The notes beneath the pieces were generated by a model. The model worked only from the letters and a program-made list of their open reading frames with translations, did not search any database and was not told where the DNA came from. From IMG/VR virus record IMGVR_UViG_3300048691_000182, positions 1-64,000 of that record: a stretch of DNA of 64,000 nt; one strand, given 5' to 3'. The stretch is from a virus. Shown here piece after piece: positions 47,401-54,976 of this stretch; position 1 is the stretch's first letter, and every line of letters starts with the position of its first letter. Position numbers and translations under genes: made by a program.

Positions 47401-48678
47401 TCTGGAGTTGGTATTAATATTTTTACTAGCGCCGACCCTCAATTTAAATCTGTCAGAGGAACTACCAAACCTTTTGTTTTAGAAAAAGCTGGTCCAGCTG
47501 CCATGCTTTCTACTTCGGCTTTAATGTCGCCAAGTAGTGATCACGACGACCCAAAACGAGTAAACTTTATTGCTATTCAACACTCGCACGGTATTGCTTG
47601 CTCTGGTTATAAACAAACTGGTTTACGCACCGGATACGAGCAAGTCATTGCGCACAGAACAAGTGATATGTATGCTTTTACAGCCAGACAAGATGGCGAG
47701 GTAATTTCATCTCAACCTGACGGTATACAAGTTAAATATAAAGACGGTACTGTAAAAGGTTTTCAAGTAGGTAGAAGATTTGGTGCAGCGGCAGGTCTTA
47801 CAATCCCGCATGACTTAGTTACCGATTTAAAGACAGGGGATAAGTTTAGCTTTGGTGATCCTATTGTTTACAATAAAGGTTTCTTTGAAAAAGACATACT
47901 TGACCCTAAACAAATTGTTTGGAAAGCGGGTGTTAACGCTAAGGTTGTGTTGTTTGAATCTACTGAAACTTTAGAAGATGCTTCCAGTATTTCTGAAGAG
48001 CTAGCTCAGCGCTTGAAGACTAAAACCACTAAAGTTAAAACCATTGTAGTTAACTTTGACCAAGTGGTGAGGTCTATGGTTAATGTTAACGACATAATGA
48101 AACCAGACACACCACTATGCATAGTTGAAGATGCTACAACACACGGTGCTAATTTGTTTGATGAAGAAACTTTAAATACTCTTCAACTACTCAGTAACCA
48201 AGCACCTACAGCTAAAGTTAACGGAGTATTAGACAGAATTGAAGTGTATTATCATGGTGATATTGACGACATGAGTGATAGCTTAAAGAAGTTAACTAAT
48301 CAATTTAACAAATCAGCTAGTGTTAGATCTAAAGCTATTGGTAAAGAAAATGTATCTGGTAGCGTAGCAAGTGGTATGAGTATTGACGGTGAACCTCTTG
48401 CGCTTGATACTCTTGCTATTAAGTTTTATATTACCGGCGACGTACCGGCCGGCGTCGGAGATAAAGGCGTTTTTGCTAATCAGTTAAAGACTGTATTTAG
48501 TAAGGTATTTGCTAATAAAATGAGGACTGAGTCAGGCACTATTATTGATGCTGTGTTCGGTCAAAAGAGCGTACAAGACCGTATTGTTACTAGCGTAAAC
48601 ACTATTGGTACTACCAATACCCTTTTGGGTGTTATTGGTAAACGCGCTGTACAAATTTATAAACAAGGAGTTAAGTAA
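44425..48678 (+). CDS. Virion RNA polymerase beta subunit, main part (phiKZ gp178-like)
   Basis: VTYSGEGGR, ISESTVDS..VG, DHDDPKRVNF, TLEDASSIS, GVGDKGVFANQLKTV, IDAVFG. Confidence 0.92.
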   Translation: MLAYDLFYRHSGVRIPQQLMTPIITSMEKFEFPKNSLFNSISYDGVRSAPSSDEYLFRLITKQILMDHVINLTEFTGNPRRINTQITPYIREYHVHNRRFRLSKDMVKTDREQNTLMVTNYDFLPKAYRYTRNKFTEAYIWHNLTKTLCDTIESQAKVSQRQQFILIDLPTILPSVTSLDLYSKVFNTNYLNIFNTAESKMILEIWKWLGEDSRKDSILNTLSKDSLSKVNIIYRDVNKWLVVNLGVLNSWRYVKVEDSEPGQKIKITPADLQKRFLRMLMGLMHLRSTPSASETENPETTADTAASAPEEDPLKNELKPIVAEQELTDGVALNNEETRLEASNRLLASIDDDLKQLDVIESLKLSALVNADSEQGDQSFNDSSASLEDFNKEVKPEDAIIKICNKQADDGIITAAVFKNLVSAASTYKTLKAPGTDVSLEEYINIPPEDLAINESKPIKSIATVLDKSMLKSSLLTFDEKYVEKVLSKDIAGMVVGVQKAGVILNDYSIERHNELLGEYEVHTMRVRPVEGVSSVLHFRIPVVQEDGTLTIAGNRYRLRKQRSDCPIRKISPRSVALTSYYGKTFVNRNDKKVNDYGNWLCNNIMLKGLDSTDETVSNIATGDVFNNDASVPRVYSAISQNFISFNSQGYSFNFDINSIEKIHGKENSDKQKEFGVTLVAINNKDESLGIDIDNNIVKIEKSGNKILGTIENFLGLNPINSPIDFSELKVMGKNISVGLVLAYDIGLSELCERLKVEPRKVLAGNRLNLEHHEYAITFSDVSLVFSKKDKLATLILAGFNEYDKVIRRYSVAAMDKPNVYLNILESAGMTVRHLRELQNLNGLFVDPITKELLVEMKEPTTFHGLLVRGSELLLTDEHPDQLDMRYMRIKGYERIAGAVYSELVHSVRSHSNRPGKHTKPLELHPYAVWKRITADPAMALISDLNPIENLKQMEAVTYSGEGGRNSRTMTRDTRQYHETDIGVISESTVDSSGVGINIFTSADPQFKSVRGTTKPFVLEKAGPAAMLSTSALMSPSSDHDDPKRVNFIAIQHSHGIACSGYKQTGLRTGYEQVIAHRTSDMYAFTARQDGEVISSQPDGIQVKYKDGTVKGFQVGRRFGAAAGLTIPHDLVTDLKTGDKFSFGDPIVYNKGFFEKDILDPKQIVWKAGVNAKVVLFESTETLEDASSISEELAQRLKTKTTKVKTIVVNFDQVVRSMVNVNDIMKPDTPLCIVEDATTHGANLFDEETLNTLQLLSNQAPTAKVNGVLDRIEVYYHGDIDDMSDSLKKLTNQFNKSASVRSKAIGKENVSGSVASGMSIDGEPLALDTLAIKFYITGDVPAGVGDKGVFANQLKTVFSKVFANKMRTESGTIIDAVFGQKSVQDRIVTSVNTIGTTNTLLGVIGKRAVQIYKQGVK

Positions 48679-48866
48679 TGGATGTCTCTAATAAGACTGA
48701 GGAAACTCAAAAGGTATTGGGTAATGCAACTGAGTTCGCAACCAACATTATTTTGAATGTAGTTGGAAACGATGTTTCTGATTCTCTTAATGGTGAAGTG
48801 GTTGGTCGCACTATTTTGAATGGTATTATTCAAAATCGTTTCGCCAGAGAACTCAAGTTAATTTAA
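48678..48866 (+). CDS. Small hypothetical protein
   Basis: AAGGAG RBS and TAATG coupling to the beta gene. Confidence 0.6.
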   Translation: MDVSNKTEETQKVLGNATEFATNIILNVVGNDVSDSLNGEVVGRTILNGIIQNRFARELKLI

Positions 48867-48878
48867 GGAATTATAAAA

Positions 48879-50324
48879 ATGATTAATGTCGATACAATGC
48901 AAGCTTGTTCTAGTCTTGCCATTAAGGCAACGGGTAAAGATAAACGAATTATTGCTGTAACTGGCACTCCTCTAGCTTCATTGGTCAAAGCTACTAACCT
49001 TTGTCTAGCTAGTTCTAATGTTTGCGCTGCTACCGATGATGTTTTTAGCGGCTCTAGTGTAGCTTATGCAACTGGTGCGGAAAGCAAACTTGAAGAAACT
49101 ATCCATGATAAAACAATGGATGATTTAGTTAATGATGTTTCCAAGGCTGTAGCCACACATATTAGTTTTGCTAAAAATGTAGTTAGTCCAATGGTGGTTA
49201 AGTATATTGATTATGTTGTAAAACAAATGTCAATTGACTTGAATTCAGCCGCTACTAAATTTTCTGTTGAAGTTATCGACTTACCTGAACCTTTAACTAA
49301 TGGTTCTTTTGAGCAAAGTTTGGAAAGATTTAAAGAAAAGACTTTCTATGAACCAGAAGACAAATTGAAACTAGGCGCCCGCACTAGTGAAGAAATTTTT
49401 GCTTTGTTGCAAAGCGGTTCTAAAGATTTTGATGCAAAAGTAGCTGTTTGGTATGGAACTCTTTCACCACGTTTTATTGACGATGTCTGGAGCCAGTATT
49501 TTGGAACACCCAGTATTGTTACTACTAACGACTGGGGTACTAGCTCACTTAGTCTGAACTCTATTAACAATAGAGATACTTCTATTTTGGTATTTTTACT
49601 TGCTCAGCGTCTTGGTCAAGATATTCCAGAGTCAACTAGTATGACTCTGACACAATACCGTGACACTATTTACAATTTGACAGAAGCTAGCGCTTTACAA
49701 ATTTTAGGTATTTACGATAGACATGTGTTATCTATTAAAACTAATACTTTAGTTGAATTTGTTTCTTTTGATGGAAGATCAATTAAAGTAAACGGTACTG
49801 TTTATCGTGATTGGTTAGCTGGTGGTGGGTCTAACGAGATTATTCTCGGTATGGCTGCTAGTAGCTCTAAAGCAAGAGTAGTTTCAGAATTTACTGAGAA
49901 AGCCGATTCTTTCAAAGCTTCTTGGTATCAGTTTGAGGAACTTAACAATACTCTTGCACGTAATAACAAATACGCTCGTTTTGTTCAGGCTTTAGAAACT
50001 GGTTTTGAATATATTCAAACAGGTGAACAATCAGAACAAGAACGTGTTTTGATGCAAGAAAAACCAACAGTATCTGAAGAAATAAAGAAATATTTCAAAG
50101 AAGAGTTGGAAAAGATCAAGAACGCAGATGTTGAGAATGTTAACGATACATGCATGCGTTTGTTGTGCCGTAGCCGTTACTTCTACACTGATGCTGAAAA
50201 GTTCTTGACAAGCATCAATGAGGCACATAAAGCTAATCCTGAAGTTGATGTTCGTGTAGCAGCTTTGATTGCAACTATTGAGTATGTTGCTGATTATGTT
50301 GCTGACCAAATGCAAGTAGTATAA
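48879..50324 (+). CDS. Conserved protein (phiKZ gp177-like)
   Basis: 481 aa; position between vRNAP beta and the gp176/gp175-like genes. Confidence 0.55.
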   Translation: MINVDTMQACSSLAIKATGKDKRIIAVTGTPLASLVKATNLCLASSNVCAATDDVFSGSSVAYATGAESKLEETIHDKTMDDLVNDVSKAVATHISFAKNVVSPMVVKYIDYVVKQMSIDLNSAATKFSVEVIDLPEPLTNGSFEQSLERFKEKTFYEPEDKLKLGARTSEEIFALLQSGSKDFDAKVAVWYGTLSPRFIDDVWSQYFGTPSIVTTNDWGTSSLSLNSINNRDTSILVFLLAQRLGQDIPESTSMTLTQYRDTIYNLTEASALQILGIYDRHVLSIKTNTLVEFVSFDGRSIKVNGTVYRDWLAGGGSNEIILGMAASSSKARVVSEFTEKADSFKASWYQFEELNNTLARNNKYARFVQALETGFEYIQTGEQSEQERVLMQEKPTVSEEIKKYFKEELEKIKNADVENVNDTCMRLLCRSRYFYTDAEKFLTSINEAHKANPEVDVRVAALIATIEYVADYVADQMQVV

Positions 50325-50336
50325 AAGAGGTAAGGC

Positions 50337-51062
50337 ATGGATATTAAACAATTAGAGCGTAACGCTGCTAAGGTCCATGCTTGTCTTCAAGAAACACCAG
50401 ATGGTCGTCTAATAGCCTTGGAGGAATGTAAAATATACGTTCCTTCAAGGTTTGAAGAACGTGGTCTGATGGAACATGGCGTAGAAACTTATATTGTTGG
50501 TATTTATGCTATTGTTGTAGAAGACAAGTACTTAGCTGTTTCAATGGTTAACGCAATGATGCGTATTAAACCATCCTCAGCAATGAAAGTAAAAATAAGA
50601 GGTACTGAGTGCTATGAATTTACTTTTGATGCTGGTAGTACTATAATCGCTTCTCTTAATCTTGTTAAGAATGACGTTTTAGTTTATAAAATTTATAATG
50701 AAATTTTATCTAACGGTGAGATACCTTGGTATTTAAACTACAGTGATCTTGGTAAACTTTTTGATACAGCTAAACTTCACGCTGGTGCTAACGTCGGACA
50801 AAACTCCGAAGTTACAGAATTGATTATTTCGCTGATAGCAAGAACTCCTGAAGATAAAGTTAAATACTACAGAACGATAGCACAAGACGAAGACATTATT
50901 CAAAATAAACCAGCTACATACGTGGCTTTAAAGAACGTACAATATTCTGCAACTAACACTACAGATAAGCTAGCAGGTTCTTATTTTGGCGATGCGCTTA
51001 CATCTGCTCTTATAAACCCATCATCAAAAAGAGAGCGTTTAGAATCACTGCTATTAAAATAA
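50337..51062 (+). CDS. Conserved protein (phiKZ gp176-like)
   Basis: GEIPWYLNY.DL..LFD and ATNTTDKLAGSYF motifs; upstream of the protease. Confidence 0.6.
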   Translation: MDIKQLERNAAKVHACLQETPDGRLIALEECKIYVPSRFEERGLMEHGVETYIVGIYAIVVEDKYLAVSMVNAMMRIKPSSAMKVKIRGTECYEFTFDAGSTIIASLNLVKNDVLVYKIYNEILSNGEIPWYLNYSDLGKLFDTAKLHAGANVGQNSEVTELIISLIARTPEDKVKYYRTIAQDEDIIQNKPATYVALKNVQYSATNTTDKLAGSYFGDALTSALINPSSKRERLESLLLK

Positions 51063-51079
51063 TTTATGTAAAAATAAAT

Positions 51080-51088
51080 TATGCTATG
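51080..51088 (+). promoter_or_regulatory. Putative late promoter (TATGCTATG)
   Basis: ATnCTATG motif 29 nt upstream of the protease start. Confidence 0.4.
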
Positions 51089-51116
51089 ATTTCTATTTAA
51101 TTTATTTTGGATCATT

Positions 51117-51875
51117 ATGGACAATATTCGTTTTACTTGTACTAGCCTTGCTAATACTAATAAAGTAGGGATTATTACACCCGATACAGATGGCTACTAC
51201 GACATGGTTGTAGGCGGTTTAAACGTTTTCAATAGCGTGGGTCAGTATTATGAATACGAAGGTGCTAAAGCACTGTTTGAGAGCTCTAGTCCTTTTATGC
51301 GGCGTATTAAGCGTGGCGCTCTTCGTGGCGAAGTAGGTCACCCTAAACAAATGCCTGGTGAAAAGGACGAAGACTATCTTGACCGTATTTATGTAATTGA
51401 CGAACGTAACGTTTGTGTGCATTTTAAAGAAATCTATCTTGATTTCAACTCTAAGAAAATGCCTAACGGTGATCCCGTAATTGCTATCATGGGAAAGCTT
51501 ACTCCTAGCGGACCTAAGGGTGATTATTTAGCTAAGCAGATAGCTAATAAAAATGAGAATGTTTGTTTTAGCATTCGCTCTCTCACACAGGACACAATGG
51601 TGAGAGGTCGTTACACTAGAACAATCAAACATATTGTTACGTTTGACCATGTTAATGAACCAGGCATTTCTATAGCTAATAAATACGATGCGCCTGGCTT
51701 AGAATCTCTCACTCCTTTAGTTGACAAGCCTGTTACAAAGAACCAAATTCTAAGAAGCGTTAATAAATCAGTAGCTACAATCGGAACAGAAAGTGCTGTG
51801 ATGGATGCTAATGAATTGTTTTCTTCTTTTGGTTGGAGTAGCAACACTGGTAAGCCTGCTTATTCTAAATGGTAA
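51117..51875 (+). CDS. Prohead (head maturation) serine protease (phiKZ gp175-like)
   Basis: LRGEVGHP (His), FSIRS (Ser), VTFDHVNEPGI (Asp). Confidence 0.9.
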   Translation: MDNIRFTCTSLANTNKVGIITPDTDGYYDMVVGGLNVFNSVGQYYEYEGAKALFESSSPFMRRIKRGALRGEVGHPKQMPGEKDEDYLDRIYVIDERNVCVHFKEIYLDFNSKKMPNGDPVIAIMGKLTPSGPKGDYLAKQIANKNENVCFSIRSLTQDTMVRGRYTRTIKHIVTFDHVNEPGISIANKYDAPGLESLTPLVDKPVTKNQILRSVNKSVATIGTESAVMDANELFSSFGWSSNTGKPAYSKW

Positions 51876-51881
51876 TATAAC

Positions 51882-51925
51882 TACTCACAGTACAGGAACT
51901 TATTATAGTTCCTGTACTGTGAGTA
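51882..51925 (+). terminator. Hairpin, 19-bp perfect stem
   Basis: tactcacagtacaggaact / agttcctgtactgtgagta. Confidence 0.8.
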
Positions 51926-51943
51926 TGTCTGTATTTTAAAATA

Positions 51944-51963
51944 TTTCAGATACTTATTATTAA
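51944..51963 (+). promoter_or_regulatory. Putative early/middle promoter (TTTCAGATACTTATTATTAA)
   Basis: Shares ACTTATTATTAA with 29520-29531; starts a new unit after a terminator. Confidence 0.5.
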
Positions 51964-52060
51964 ATTGGTAAAGCAAGTAGAAAAAGCTTGTAATAAACCA
52001 GTGTAAATTTTACACAAACCACATCTTCTATAGTTTAAACTTTTTAAGGAATAATTTTCT

Positions 52061-52504
52061 ATGACCAAAACTGTTCGTTTCAACAGTATCAATTACAGCG
52101 TTGAAAAGCTCATTGCATTCAAAGGACAGGGAACTCTTGTCGATGTCGGAGATGCCAAGGTTGTAGAGAATCCTCAAACTGCAACTGTGACTGAAGAACA
52201 ACTAAAACACCGTTTGGTGGTTTGTGTTAATGGTAGCTTTATTGTCCTAGTAAAGCCTGAGAAATCTTCAGATTACGCCAATTCTAAAGTAACTATTATC
52301 ACCAAGTTGGTACTGAAGAAAGTAGCGGCACCTGCTCTTCCTGCAAACGATCTACGTCCACCTTACGTACCTCCTATGGATCTTCAAAATCGCTACGAAG
52401 GACGACACGCAAGCCAACCTCGTCAAGATTCATATCGTGCGCGTAGCCCGCAACCACAATCTAGTGATAACGGGTACGGTAATCGCAACAACCGTGGTTA
52501 TTAA
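52061..52504 (+). CDS. Hypothetical protein with low-complexity P/Q/R/N/G/Y tail
   Basis: AAGGA RBS; 147 aa. Confidence 0.65.
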   Translation: MTKTVRFNSINYSVEKLIAFKGQGTLVDVGDAKVVENPQTATVTEEQLKHRLVVCVNGSFIVLVKPEKSSDYANSKVTIITKLVLKKVAAPALPANDLRPPYVPPMDLQNRYEGRHASQPRQDSYRARSPQPQSSDNGYGNRNNRGY

Positions 52505-52506
52505 AA

Positions 52507-52773
52507 ATGTTTACAAATAATCCAGCTTTTAAAAAGCTTTGTTATCTTATCCTTGCTCTTGCTTTTGCTGTGTTTATAACATCTATGCAAAAAGAAAGTC
52601 ACGTAAAAGATGAAGTCAATCAGCTGCGATATGAATACATTGTTAGCAATAGTTCTGATGAAAGAAAAGAAAAGGCTAAACAATTGATTGGTAAAATTGA
52701 TAGTTTACCTAAGCACTTAGTTACTCCTGATATGGAAGACCTTGTAAGTAATTTAAAAAGTAACTTGCAGTAA
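52507..52773 (+). CDS. Small membrane-anchored hypothetical protein
   Basis: N-terminal TM LCYLILALAFAVFI. Confidence 0.6.
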   Translation: MFTNNPAFKKLCYLILALAFAVFITSMQKESHVKDEVNQLRYEYIVSNSSDERKEKAKQLIGKIDSLPKHLVTPDMEDLVSNLKSNLQ

Positions 52774-52887
52774 CTAAGAACAAAATTTGTTACCTAGTGT
52801 TTATTCTTAAGAAAATATTGGGTAACATTTAAGCAGGTCAATGACCTAAATACCAACCGCTAGAAATAGCAAATGAAGTGAGTTATT

Positions 52888-53355
52888 ATGTCCGTTAAAG
52901 AATTGAATCCCGCTACCGCTGCTTTGGCTGTTTTGCTTGCTGACAAATTCAACTACGATAAGAAGGAAAACACGATTAATCGTGCTGACGATACCTTTAC
53001 AGGTACGCTTCCAGAAGATCTTACACCTGCCATCGTGGAACGTGTGTCTGAGCATTACACTACTTTTGCCGCAGCTTCCGCCAAGGTGTATGGTGATTTG
53101 GCCATCAAGGCATTGACCGCTGACGAAAAACTGGATCGTGTGAGCATTGAAATTCCTTTGACCGGGAAAGATTCTTTGAGCTTCTCTATGGATCGTTCTG
53201 TTACCAGCCCAATTCCTGGCAAACCAGGTGAGTCAGTTACCAAATACGGTGTGCTGCGTCCTAAGTTCGACTTTGTTGCTGGTAATAACTCTGGTCAACT
53301 CAAACTGGCACGCACGCAACTCAATGAGCTGGCTGAAGCAGCTTTGTGCAAGTAA
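52888..53355 (+). CDS. Hypothetical protein, probably highly expressed
   Basis: 155 aa; CTG/CGT/GCC-rich codons unlike its neighbours; followed by a hairpin. Confidence 0.7.
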   Translation: MSVKELNPATAALAVLLADKFNYDKKENTINRADDTFTGTLPEDLTPAIVERVSEHYTTFAAASAKVYGDLAIKALTADEKLDRVSIEIPLTGKDSLSFSMDRSVTSPIPGKPGESVTKYGVLRPKFDFVAGNNSGQLKLARTQLNELAEAALCK

Positions 53356-53400
53356 TACACGTATTTAATTAACCTCTTAGCTGAGGCGCCTAAAGTCGAT

Positions 53401-53442
53401 TACACACTACCTAGAAGATTAATTTCTTCTAGGTAGTGTGTA
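53401..53442. terminator. Hairpin, 18-bp perfect stem between convergent genes
   Basis: tacacactacctagaaga / tcttctaggtagtgtgta. Confidence 0.8.
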
Positions 53443-53457
53443 TGGTTTATTTATTTT

Positions 53458-53949
53458 TTATTTTAAATTATTGCTAAAATCACTATTTGGTAAGTAAATT
53501 TCGCTTCTATGGTGAAGTACATTTCCACCGTAGATATCCTTTAGCATATACCAAATACCATTAGGACCTAAAAGATGTGGCTTAGATAATCCAATCGAAG
53601 CACCTATTGATTCTGAACAAAACCATTCGTTTTCAGTATGTTTGACAAGACCTGTGAAGAACTTAATATTACCCATAATGTCGTAAGGTTTACCATCGTG
53701 TTTAATAAACCATTCCGTTGTTCTATCGGATAAGTAGTCAGGTAATTCTAAGAAATCCCATGCGTTAGGTGTAGAATAACCAATTCTTTTTGTTCTTACA
53801 CCTCTGTCAATATAACTACTACTGCGACTGAGTCCATCAGTACCTATTAATTCTACATGAATATAAATACCATCATCTAGTGCTCTACCAAGTCTATCCA
53901 TGACTCCTTGGAGACCTCTGTGTTTTCCTTTGTATGCCGCTAAATACAT
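53458..53949 (-). CDS. Permuted papain-like (NlpC/P60, YaeF/YiiX-type) amidase/peptidase
   Basis: His before Cys: YIHVEL ... GKPYD ... WFCSE ... P; AAGGA RBS. Confidence 0.75.
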   Translation of the reverse strand: MYLAAYKGKHRGLQGVMDRLGRALDDGIYIHVELIGTDGLSRSSSYIDRGVRTKRIGYSTPNAWDFLELPDYLSDRTTEWFIKHDGKPYDIMGNIKFFTGLVKHTENEWFCSESIGASIGLSKPHLLGPNGIWYMLKDIYGGNVLHHRSEIYLPNSDFSNNLK

Positions 53950-53982
53950 TACTATTTCCTTTAAAATTTATAGGCATAAACT

Positions 53983-54021
53983 CCATACAACCAATAAAGC
54001 TTTTGCCTATTGGTTGTATGG
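53983..54021. terminator. Hairpin, 14-bp perfect stem downstream of the tail tube
   Basis: ccatacaaccaata / tattggttgtatgg. Confidence 0.7.
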
Positions 54022-54035
54022 GTTTAAACTAGTTT

Positions 54036-54905
54036 TTAAGCACGACCAATGGACGAGCTAGCCAGAGTATCTACACCTTCTTTGTAACCAGAGGCTGCTG
54101 CTGCATCAGCAGAGATACCAGACACAAAAGCTGCACGCATGTTAGGGTTTGCATTGTTTAGCACAATGTTATCCAACATACGCTGAGCGAGTACGTTACC
54201 GCCAAGATTGTATTGGCAGATGCTAGAGAAAGGAATTGACAATGAAGGCATTTCCATAGCAGCTGTCAAATCACGTTTACCTTCAATTGCACCAGTGCCC
54301 TTGGGGAACATATTAGTAGCTAACCACGAATGAATAACCTTGCGTCCTGTGGCATCAGGTTCAATGAAGATGCATGTAGCTGAATACATATCAGCCAACA
54401 TGTCATCTGGTTTATTGCCAGTTAAAGTAGCGATGCCTGGAATCTTTGAGTCTGGATTCATCATACCCATGGTAATCCAGTCAGAGATGAAAGTCTGAAT
54501 AGGGCGACCATATTTATCATGACCAAAGTTAAACGAAATGCTACTAGGGGCACGCTTAACGTCAACGATTTCTTCTTGTACTTCACCAGCACCGCCAACA
54601 GGTGTACTGGTTGTTTCCACAGTCAGTTCAGCATTCAAACCTTCGATTGACTGGGCATGCAGTTCAAACAAAGCTTTAAGCGCACTAACCCATTTATCTT
54701 TATTTGTCAGATAATCGAAGAATTTAGGTGCTTCGATTAAAATACAAATAATATTGCGACGCACATACGCACCGTTACTAACCCACTGGGTCAAGTCTGG
54801 CGCGTAACCATGTTGACCGCCATAAGTCAGGTCCAACATCTTCGCATTGGCATTTTCACTATATGCTTGGCTATCAAGCAAAGCAGCAGTTACACGACCT
54901 GTCAT
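54036..54905 (-). CDS. Tail tube protein (phiKZ gp30-like)
   Basis: 289 aa directly after the sheath; GGQHGY.PD, AYVRRN, DKYGRPI, IFIEPD, NMFPK motifs; strong RBS. Confidence 0.85.
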   Translation of the reverse strand: MTGRVTAALLDSQAYSENANAKMLDLTYGGQHGYAPDLTQWVSNGAYVRRNIICILIEAPKFFDYLTNKDKWVSALKALFELHAQSIEGLNAELTVETTSTPVGGAGEVQEEIVDVKRAPSSISFNFGHDKYGRPIQTFISDWITMGMMNPDSKIPGIATLTGNKPDDMLADMYSATCIFIEPDATGRKVIHSWLATNMFPKGTGAIEGKRDLTAAMEMPSLSIPFSSICQYNLGGNVLAQRMLDNIVLNNANPNMRAAFVSGISADAAAASGYKEGVDTLASSSIGRA

Positions 54906-54976
54906 AGAAAAACTCCTTAAAATGTTTGGAATAAAAACAAGATATTTCTACCTTGTTTTTATTTATTTTTTTTTTA

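Noticed and set aside
54961-54976. T10 run between sheath and tube (also 35420-35429) as phase-variable tracts
   Set aside because: They are intergenic in an AT-rich genome and affect no reading frame.
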